Part shown: positions 7,574 through 14,241 of the stretch, in pieces
Layout: each line of letters starts with the position of its first letter
Numbering within the stretch: the stretch's first letter is position 1
Source: an uncultured Gammaproteobacteria bacterium
Lineage (GTDB): Bacteria; Patescibacteriota; Microgenomatia; Levybacterales; UBA12049
Length of the DNA: 64,000 nucleotides
Direction: 5' to 3'
Assembly (NCBI GenBank): GCA_964553245.1
Contig: CAZKJM010000002.1
Coordinates: 5,878 to 69,877 of the forward strand
Program-made: the position numbers and the translations under genes
Notes under the pieces: model-generated
Databases searched by the model: none
Told to the model about the DNA's origin: nothing
What the model saw: the letters and a program-made list of their open reading frames with translations, nothing else

Positions 7574-8953
7574 TTATTCTCCTTGTCCGGTGGGGAGCTC
7601 TCTTATTAAAAGGTTGTAATCATATTCGTTTATTACGCTGTTGTCGTCTAAATCAGAAAGTTTTTGGTAATTTGTTCCGGATTTGCAGGTTTCGTTATTG
7701 TCTTTACTAAAGGTAGAGCAACTAACCAAAATATTGTAATCCCTTATATCCAAAAGATTATCTTCGTTAACGTTTCCGTTTATAAGCCTAGTTGTCGGAA
7801 CTGTGTTTTTTTGTCCGGATGTTATTACTTGGGTTTGAGAAGCAGTTTTTCTTAAGAACCCCGGAGATTTTACTTTTATTACATATGTTCCAGATGTTAT
7901 ATTTTCCAGTTCCGCTGAACCTTTGAATTTTCCTGTAGCTGAATCATAGGTTATTGTTGCTAATTTTTCGGAAACAGCAAAAGATCCTTGCTGGCTAATT
8001 ATTTCTATGTTTAGATTTCTGTCTTTTGTGTTTGGGTTTTGATTTGATCCGCAGCCTTCTTGTCTTTGGGTTTCTGTACAATTTTTATCTTCCGGATTCG
8101 GCGTGTCTCCTGATGTTCCGATTCCGTCAAGTCCGATTACAAATTCCAATATCGTTTTATTTGGGATAGTGGTGGTTGTAGAAGAAGACGCTGTGGTTGT
8201 TGTTGAACTTGCGGTAGTAGAAGTCGTGCTTTTAGTGGTTGTAGTTTTTGGGTGTGTTGTGGTGGTTGTTTTTGATTCGCATATTCCGGTTGATTCGTTA
8301 CAGGTTTGGCTTGAGGTACATTTATTTATACTGCAGGTTTCATAGACTCTTTCGTCGCTTTCTTTGCAATTGGTGGTTTCTTGAGCATTTGGGTCATTTG
8401 GGTCTTTATAGGCAGTGTACGAACATTGTTTCCTGCTGTTGTTTTTGCATTTTCCGTCTTCTGCCTGATCGGGATCGCATTCCGTACAATTTGTCGGTCT
8501 TGTATTACACTCGGGAAGAGTATTGCAAGAAGAGGTGTCTACTCCTTTTTCGGAGCAGTTTTTGGTAGCATATTGGCTGCTTCCGCTTGTTCCATCGCAA
8601 TTGCAATTTAATGTATATTTGGCATTCCAAGTATCTGTACATCCTTCTGTGCTTTCCCAATCAGCATTGCAATATATATATGTGTCGCTACAACGGCTGC
8701 ATTCTTTTTTTGTGCCAAAGTAATTGTTGCAGCAATGATATTTTTGAGGATTAGTGTTTTCAACCGGTTTACAAGTAGAGCCTTCTAGGATACAGCTTTC
8801 ATTGCAGTTTGAGCGATCATAATAGCTCCAACCGCATTGTTCAATAGAAGTAACTTTTGTTGTGGTTGTGGTAGCATTAATAACTTTTATAAATGCAGAG
8901 AGTCCAAATATTGAGAAAATAACAACAGTGAATAGTAATTTGAAAAATTTCAT
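7574..8953 (-). CDS. Secreted Cys-rich protein with a poly-Thr/Ser linker and a C-terminal dockerin-like module, paralog of 5424..7382
   Basis: The start was moved to the internal Met giving signal peptide MKFFKLLFTVVIFSIFGLSAFIKVINA; the ORF-track start at 9037 runs into a heptad-repeat array. The CSRCSDTYIYC module is present. The C-terminal domain is collinear with the paralog (VIGLDGIGTSGD...CTETQRQEGCGS...) and ends with NVNEDNLLDIRDYNILV ... DLDDNSVINEYDYNLLI. Confidence 0.6.
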   Translation of the reverse strand: MKFFKLLFTVVIFSIFGLSAFIKVINATTTTTKVTSIEQCGWSYYDRSNCNESCILEGSTCKPVENTNPQKYHCCNNYFGTKKECSRCSDTYIYCNADWESTEGCTDTWNAKYTLNCNCDGTSGSSQYATKNCSEKGVDTSSCNTLPECNTRPTNCTECDPDQAEDGKCKNNSRKQCSYTAYKDPNDPNAQETTNCKESDERVYETCSINKCTSSQTCNESTGICESKTTTTTHPKTTTTKSTTSTTASSTTTTASSSTTTTIPNKTILEFVIGLDGIGTSGDTPNPEDKNCTETQRQEGCGSNQNPNTKDRNLNIEIISQQGSFAVSEKLATITYDSATGKFKGSAELENITSGTYVIKVKSPGFLRKTASQTQVITSGQKNTVPTTRLINGNVNEDNLLDIRDYNILVSCSTFSKDNNETCKSGTNYQKLSDLDDNSVINEYDYNLLIRELPTGQGE

Positions 8954-9020
8954 AGCTATTTTGAGCATAGTAAAGACAAACAGAGAAGTCAATATGGCAT
9001 AAAGCATATAGTTGAAAAAC

Positions 9021-9055
9021 CATTTGCCATGTGCCATAAGCTAAGAAGCTAATGG
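9021..9055. repeat. Intergenic heptad array (CATNNGC-like x5)
   Basis: catttgc catgtgc cataagc taagaag ctaatgg. Confidence 0.6.
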
Positions 9056-9059
9056 CTTG

Positions 9060-9233
9060 TTTTTTTTACGTATACAATATATAATACTTCAATCACACAC
9101 ATTCGGAATTGTGTCCTAAGTATCCACATCCGAATGGAGGAGTAAGGACAATAAAGCCCGCCGAAACTTACCTTTCGGCTTTTTGGAACTATTCGTTCAC
9201 GCCTCAAGGGGCGTTAGCTGGCGGGTAAAACAT
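9060..9233 (+). promoter_or_regulatory. Structured 5' leader upstream of rpsB-tsf, a candidate S2 autoregulatory leader
   Basis: The non-coding stretch is GC-richer than surrounding intergenic DNA. It has an 8-bp inverted repeat cattcgga/tccgaatg (about 9110..9150) and long-range complementary gcccgcc/ggcgggt segments just before the ATG. Confidence 0.35.
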
Positions 9234-10112
9234 ATGAAAGAAATTACATTAGAAGAATTATTGGAAGCAGGTTGCCACTTTGGTCATCAGGTTACAAGAT
9301 CTAATCCTAAAGCCCGTGATTATGTTTACGAAGCAAGAGAGGGAATCCAGATTATTGATTTGGCAAAAACAAAAGAAGGATTGGATGAAGCACTTTCTTA
9401 TGTAAAAGAGGTAGCAAAACAAGGAAAAACAATGCTTGTTGTCGGTACCAAAAGACAAGCGCAGGCAATTGTAAAAGAAGAAGTAGAAAGAGCAAGAGCG
9501 GAATTAAAGAAAAATCTGCCGGCTGGCGGATCTGAGTACAAAGATGATATTTACTACATTACAACACGTTGGATTGGTGGAATTCTAACTAATTTTTCGG
9601 AAATCTCTAAAAACCTTAAAAAATTAAAAGATCTTACCAAGAAGCTTCAAAGTACAGAGGAAAAAAGAGAGTATACAAAAAAAGAAATCGGACTTTGGGA
9701 TAAAGAAAGACAAAGATTGGAGTCTTTTTACAGCGGAATAAAATCCATTGAAAGAAATCCCGATATATTATTTATAGTAGATACTCATTTGGAAGATCTT
9801 GCGGTAAGAGAGGGATTGAATATGTCTGTACCAATAGTTGGGATTACAGATACAAACGCAAACCCCGAAATTATTGATTATCCAATTCCTGCAAACGATG
9901 ATGCAACCGGTTCTATTAAGTTAATCGTAGGTTATATAGTGGATGCATGGGTAGAGGGAAAAAATAATTTAGAATCTAAAATTAAGAATTCAGAAATAAA
10001 GAAAAATAAAAAAGAAGTTAATAAAGAAGCAAATGCGCCAATTTCCAAAATTCAAAAAACAAAAAAAGAGACAAAGGAAGTAAAAAAGCCGGCAAAGAAG
10101 AAGGCAAAGTAA
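9234..10112 (+). CDS. rpsB: 30S ribosomal protein S2 with a Lys-rich C-terminal tail
   Basis: ITLEELLEAGCHFGHQVTRSNPKARDYVYEAREGIQIIDL... is the canonical S2 N-terminus. The start was set to ATG 9234 (MKEITLEEL), not the upstream TTG used by the ORF track. Confidence 0.9.
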   Translation: MKEITLEELLEAGCHFGHQVTRSNPKARDYVYEAREGIQIIDLAKTKEGLDEALSYVKEVAKQGKTMLVVGTKRQAQAIVKEEVERARAELKKNLPAGGSEYKDDIYYITTRWIGGILTNFSEISKNLKKLKDLTKKLQSTEEKREYTKKEIGLWDKERQRLESFYSGIKSIERNPDILFIVDTHLEDLAVREGLNMSVPIVGITDTNANPEIIDYPIPANDDATGSIKLIVGYIVDAWVEGKNNLESKIKNSEIKKNKKEVNKEANAPISKIQKTKKETKEVKKPAKKKAK

Positions 10113-10115
10113 GAT

Positions 10116-10565
10116 ATGGTTGACATTAATCTTTTAAAAAAACTTAGAGAAGAAACGCAGGTTTCCATTGCGGATTGCAGAACTGCTTTGGAAGAAACAA
10201 AAAATGATTACAAAAAAGCCGGTGAATGGTTAAAAAAACATGGAATAGAAAAAGCCTCTAAGAAGCAAGACAGGGAAACAGCGCAGGGCTTAATTGAATG
10301 TTATGTTCACTTAAACGGAAAAGTCGGTGTAATGGTGGAAATTTTGTGCGAGACAGATTTTGTTGCAAAAACAGATGATTTTAAAAAATTAGCCCATGAA
10401 ATTGCAATGCAAATTGCAGCGATGAACCCAAAAGACGTAAATGCATTGTTAAAACAAGAATATATACGAGATGGTTCGACAACGATGGAAAATTTATTAA
10501 AAGAAACAATTTCCAAATTAGGCGAAAACATTGTAATTAAAAGATTTATTAGGTATAGTATTTAG
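10116..10565 (+). CDS. tsf: Elongation factor Ts, short form (149 aa)
   Basis: LLKKLREETQVSIADCRTALEETKNDYKKAGEWLKKHG is the UBA-like N-domain, plus ILCETDFVAKTDDF. It lies immediately downstream of rpsB. Confidence 0.85.
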   Translation: MVDINLLKKLREETQVSIADCRTALEETKNDYKKAGEWLKKHGIEKASKKQDRETAQGLIECYVHLNGKVGVMVEILCETDFVAKTDDFKKLAHEIAMQIAAMNPKDVNALLKQEYIRDGSTTMENLLKETISKLGENIVIKRFIRYSI

Positions 10566-10566
10566 T

Positions 10567-11127
10567 ATGGACGAACTTATAGCTTCAACTAAGCAAAAAA
10601 TGTTGAAGGTTATAGATGTTTTAAAAACAGATCTTTCCACTGTTAGAACCGGCCGAGCAGCCCCATCATTAGTAGAAAATATTTTTATAGAAGCATATGG
10701 AGGAACTCAAAAATTTAGAGTTGTTGAGCTGGCACACGTAAGCTCGTCTGATCCTCAAACACTTTTAGTTACACCTTTTGACCCGTCAATAATAGGGGAA
10801 ATAAGAAAGGGAATTCAGGAAGCAAATGTTGGTTTAAATCCGGTAATTGATGGGCAAGTGGTTAGAATTTCTATTCCTCCGCTTTCGCAAGAGAGAAGAG
10901 AACAGCTTATTCAACTTGTTCATCAAAAACTTGAAGGAGGAAAGATTCAAATAAGGCAAATGAGACACGATGCAATTAATGACGTTAAAAAACTAAAAGA
11001 TTCCGAAAATCTTTCCGAGGATAATACCTTGCATTTAGAAAAAGAAATTCAAAAATTAACAGATGAATTTACATTGGAAATAGAAAATTTGGGAAAGAAA
11101 AAAGAAGAAGAACTGCTAGCAATATAG
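10567..11127 (+). CDS. frr: Ribosome recycling factor
   Basis: VIDVLKTDLSTVRTGRAAPSLVENIFIEAYGGTQKFRVVELAHVSSSDPQTLLVTPFDPS, and the length matches RRF (186 aa). There is no pyrH between tsf and frr. Confidence 0.85.
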   Translation: MDELIASTKQKMLKVIDVLKTDLSTVRTGRAAPSLVENIFIEAYGGTQKFRVVELAHVSSSDPQTLLVTPFDPSIIGEIRKGIQEANVGLNPVIDGQVVRISIPPLSQERREQLIQLVHQKLEGGKIQIRQMRHDAINDVKKLKDSENLSEDNTLHLEKEIQKLTDEFTLEIENLGKKKEEELLAI

Positions 11128-11142
11128 CTCATGGTTTATAGG

Positions 11143-11170
11143 AAATAGCCAATAGCATATAGATAATAGG
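11143..11170. repeat. Intergenic heptad array (NAATAGC x4) between frr and the four-helix-bundle gene
   Basis: aaatagc caatagc atataga taatagg. Confidence 0.6.
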
Positions 11171-11177
11171 AAAAGAA

Positions 11178-11537
11178 ATGGCGTTTAGATTTGAAGAATT
11201 GGAAATTTGGAAAGCCTCGAATAATTACATTAAGGATATTTATCTCATAACAAAAAAATTTCCAAAAGAAGAAGCATTTGCATTAATAAGTCAATTAAAA
11301 AGGGCTGCTGGTTCAGTTTCTGCGAACATTGCCGAGGGATCCGGAAGTTCTTCAAAAAAAGATTTTTCCCATTACCTTGATATATCAATAAAATCAATTT
11401 TTGAGACAGTTTCCCATCTTTATTTGGCGAAAGAGCAGAAATATATCACAGAACGTGATAGAATATGTCTTTACGAACAGGCAGAAATTCTTGTAAAAAG
11501 AATAAATTCATTTAAAAAATGGTTAAACAAAAAATAA
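11178..11537 (+). CDS. Four-helix-bundle protein (23S rRNA intervening-sequence protein family)
   Basis: FEELEIWKASNNYIKDIYLITKKFPKEEAFALISQLKRAAGSVSANIAEGSG matches the E.W..A..L....Y.....FP..E...L.SQL.RAA.S...NIAEG signature of this family. Heptad-repeat arrays flank it on both sides. Confidence 0.7.
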   Translation: MAFRFEELEIWKASNNYIKDIYLITKKFPKEEAFALISQLKRAAGSVSANIAEGSGSSSKKDFSHYLDISIKSIFETVSHLYLAKEQKYITERDRICLYEQAEILVKRINSFKKWLNKK

Positions 11538-11549
11538 TAAAAATTATTT

Positions 11550-11584
11550 CCTATACGCTATTTGCCATATGCTAATATGCTAGT
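11550..11584. repeat. Intergenic heptad array (GCNATNN x5) between the four-helix-bundle gene and rseP
   Basis: cctatac gctattt gccatat gctaata tgctagt. Confidence 0.6.
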
Positions 11585-12689
11585 TACGATTCTTGTTTTT
11601 ATTGCTATTCTTTCGGTTTTGGTTTTAGTCCACGAATTAGGACATTTTTTGGTTGCAAAAAAACTGGGTATTAAAGTAGAAGAATTTGGCTTTGGGCTCC
11701 CTCCAAAGGCGCTAAGTTTTAAGAAAGGTGAAACGGTTTACTCAATTAACTGGCTTCCGATCGGCGGATTTGTAAAACTTTATGGAGAAGATGAAGCAGG
11801 AAGTGGAAAAATTCAAAATTCAAAATTCAAAATTCAAAATTCCGATAAGCATAGGGCGTTTTTTGCAAGACCAGCTTGGCAAAGAATATTGGTGGTAACA
11901 GCTGGCGTTGTAATGAATTTTTTACTGGCAGTAGTAATAATTTCATTTTTATTTTCCGCGGTTGGAGTTTCCATTCCCGGAGATAAAGTAACGATCTCTA
12001 ATGTTTTAAAAAATTCTCCGGCAGAAAAATCCGGATTAAAAATAGGGGATATAGTTGAATCCGTAAACGGAAAAGAAGTTAAAGAACCCGGACAACTGAT
12101 TTTAATAACAAAAGAGAATTTGGGAAAGGAAATCGCTTTAAAAATTAAAGATAAGGATGCAAAAGAAAAAGAGGTTAGAGTAACTCCCAGAAAAACCTAT
12201 CCGTCAAATGAGGGGCCAATGGGTGTTTCGCTCTCTTTAAGTTATAAGATTATAAAATATCCTTGGTATCAAGCTCCGTTTTTGGGCACGCTTGAAGCTT
12301 TGCAAACGTCATGGCTTATTGTTTCCGGTCTTTTTTCTATGCTTTATCAATTTATTTTTCATGGTATTACTCCAAAAGGAGTCGCCGGACCAGTTGGAAT
12401 TGCGCAATTAACAGGACAGTTTGTCCAAATCGGCCCATATGCGGTATTGTCTTTTGTTTCTATGCTTTCTTTAAACCTTGCAATTTTAAATATTTTACCT
12501 TTTCCTGCTCTTGATGGGGGAAGACTGGCATTTATTTTAGTAGAGGTTATTTTTGGAAAAAAAGTAAGCATTAAATATGAATCTTATGCTCATGCAGCGG
12601 GAATGGCATTGTTAATAGGACTTATTTTATTGGTAACAATTAATGATTTAATAAGGGTTTTTACCGGTCAGCCGATTCTTCCAAAGTAG
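11577..12689 (+). CDS. rseP: RIP metalloprotease RseP (site-2 protease, M50) with a PDZ domain
   Basis: HELGHFLVAKK is the HExxH motif in TM1. It has an internal PDZ domain (GDKVTISNVLKNSPAEKSGLKIGDIVESVNGKEV) and a C-terminal LDGG motif. The start was set to ATG 11577. Confidence 0.85.
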   Translation: MLVTILVFIAILSVLVLVHELGHFLVAKKLGIKVEEFGFGLPPKALSFKKGETVYSINWLPIGGFVKLYGEDEAGSGKIQNSKFKIQNSDKHRAFFARPAWQRILVVTAGVVMNFLLAVVIISFLFSAVGVSIPGDKVTISNVLKNSPAEKSGLKIGDIVESVNGKEVKEPGQLILITKENLGKEIALKIKDKDAKEKEVRVTPRKTYPSNEGPMGVSLSLSYKIIKYPWYQAPFLGTLEALQTSWLIVSGLFSMLYQFIFHGITPKGVAGPVGIAQLTGQFVQIGPYAVLSFVSMLSLNLAILNILPFPALDGGRLAFILVEVIFGKKVSIKYESYAHAAGMALLIGLILLVTINDLIRVFTGQPILPK

Positions 12690-13677
12690 CATTGAGATTT
12701 CTTTTATTTATTAATCTTTCCAATAATAAACAGGCCGATTTTAAGACTTTCTGCTCTTCGGGTTTAATGTCCGCTTTTGACTTTAAATGTTGGATTAATA
12801 ATTCAAGCGACAAAAAATCCTCCTGATTTTTAATAAGTAGCAAGGCGCTTCTTGTTTGACCTTTTTCTATAAGTATATTGATAATATCAGCTATTAATTT
12901 TTTGTCTCCAAGTTTTATCGCAGCCTGCCCAGCGCCCGCAGTTTTTTCTGAAGAAATTAAGCTTTTAATAATCTCTCTTGCCTTATCATTAAGTCCCAAC
13001 TTAATTGCTATTAATGCGGCGTTTCTGCAAGTATTTGCATTTATTAATACATTGACGCATTTTTCTTTTAATTCATCGTTTTCAAAATGATCCTGCGTAG
13101 TTTTGGCACTATCGTCTAGTTTTAAAATAATTTCTGCCGCATTTTCTGCATCTTTCATTAATTTTTTACCGTGGTAACGATTAGGATCTATTAATTTTTC
13201 TACTGCACCTATGGCTTCCTGTTTTGATCCAAGACTTATTGCAAGAAGACCTGCGTGATAGTAATCTTCTTCCTCGTAAAGTTTATCTTTTATTTTTAAC
13301 GCCAGTTCTTTATTGTTATCTTGCAATGCCCGAAGGGCAAAGTTATAAACTTTTTCAAGCCTTTTTTCTCTTTGGTGCTTGTATTCAACTACCGATGTTT
13401 TAATTGGATTATTTTCCTCAGGCCATAAATACGCCCTATGCACATCTTCTGCAATTCTATTAGCAATACGATCGATAGTTTTTTTATCCAGTCCTGTATT
13501 TGTTAAATTTTTTAAAGTAGAAGAGTATGCAGTATTTGCAACATCATCTGCTTTATCAACTTTTTCCGGACCCACCAAAAATTTTAAAATAGACGTTTCT
13601 TCAAAAGTTCTTCTGACAACAACCGGTTTCGGTTGGGGATTATCTTTTTGTGGTAAAAAAATTTCGTGTACATTCAT
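12661..13677 (-). CDS. Hypothetical protein with HEAT/armadillo-like repeats
   Basis: Repeated helical AALIAIKLGLNDKAREIIKSLI / AGQAAIKLGDKKLIADIINILI / LLAISLGSKQEAIGAVEKLI motifs. Confidence 0.4.
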   Translation of the reverse strand: MNVHEIFLPQKDNPQPKPVVVRRTFEETSILKFLVGPEKVDKADDVANTAYSSTLKNLTNTGLDKKTIDRIANRIAEDVHRAYLWPEENNPIKTSVVEYKHQREKRLEKVYNFALRALQDNNKELALKIKDKLYEEEDYYHAGLLAISLGSKQEAIGAVEKLIDPNRYHGKKLMKDAENAAEIILKLDDSAKTTQDHFENDELKEKCVNVLINANTCRNAALIAIKLGLNDKAREIIKSLISSEKTAGAGQAAIKLGDKKLIADIINILIEKGQTRSALLLIKNQEDFLSLELLIQHLKSKADIKPEEQKVLKSACLLLERLINKRNLNATLEESADR

Positions 13678-13770
13678 AAGTATATTTTAATAAATAGTAA
13701 CAGCTTTGTCAACTATAGGATAATATTTCTGTATTTATATTTTAAAAATCAAATGTTATACTAACTGAAT

Positions 13771-13920
13771 ATGAATATTACGTTTGAGAAATTCATCCGC
13801 CTTCGCTAAAAAGCTTCGGCGGGATTTCACGCTATGAATATTTCTTTTGAGGAGTTCATCCGCCTTCGCTAAAAAGCTTCGGCGGGATTTCACGCTATGA
13901 ATATTTCTTTTGAGGAGTTC
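13771..13920 (+). repeat. 63-bp direct tandem repeat in 2.4 copies. It duplicates the start codon plus the first 8 codons of the downstream gene, followed by a GC-rich hairpin
   Basis: Copies are at 13771..13833, 13834..13896 and a partial copy at 13897..13920. Each full copy reads ATGAATATT(A/T)C(G/T)TTTGAG(A/G)A(A/G)TTCATCCGCCTTCGCTAA followed by AAAGCTTCGGCGGGATTTCACGCT. The CCGCC...GGCGG stem is visible. Confidence 0.8.
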
Positions 13921-14226
13921 AAAAAAATAGAAATTAGAATTGGAAAAGTTACTCTTTGCGAAAAAGTTGAAGATGCGGATAAGCTTTTAAAGTTAGAGGT
14001 AGACTTCGGTTCTGAAATTGGAAAAAAACAAATTCTTTCGGCAATTGCTCAAAGCTATGAGCCCGAGGAATTGATCAACAGAAAATTTCCCTTTGTCGTA
14101 AACTTGGAGCCGCGAAAACTTAGAGGACTGGAGAGCCAAGGAATGATTTTGGCAATAGATGTACCTGAAAAGACAATTCTTTTGGAACCAACAGAAGACG
14201 TACCGGAAGGGATAGAAGTAGTTTAG
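13897..14226 (+). CDS. tRNA-binding domain protein (CsaA/Trbp111/EMAP-like OB-fold)
   Basis: IEIRIGKVTLCEKVEDADKLLKLEVDFGSE...QILSAIAQSY.PEEL..RKFPFVVNLEPRKLRGLESQGMILA matches the MetRS C-terminal/CsaA tRNA-binding fold pattern. It lies upstream of proS. Confidence 0.7.
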   Translation: MNISFEEFKKIEIRIGKVTLCEKVEDADKLLKLEVDFGSEIGKKQILSAIAQSYEPEELINRKFPFVVNLEPRKLRGLESQGMILAIDVPEKTILLEPTEDVPEGIEVV

Positions 14227-14241
14227 TGGTATACTAAAATT

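Noticed and set aside
8954-9037. ORF-track N-terminal extension of gene 7574..9037 (MAHGKWFFNYMLYAILTSLFVFTMLKIA...)
   Set aside because: The extension runs through the heptad-repeat intergenic array. The internal Met gives a textbook signal peptide (MKFFKLLFTVVIFSIFGLSAFIKVINA), so the start was moved to 8953.
9183-9233. TTG-initiated 17-codon N-terminal extension of rpsB and of rseP (11562), prs (19507), rpsF (35517) and hisS (47509)
   Set aside because: The extensions are not conserved N-termini for these families. The internal ATGs give canonical N-termini and better RBS spacing, and for prs and rpsF they avoid overlap with the upstream gene or heptad array.
13771-13920. Possibility that the 63-bp tandem repeat is a CRISPR array
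   Set aside because: There are only 2.4 copies, the copies are directly adjacent with no spacers, and there are no cas genes. It is a tandem duplication of the gene start.
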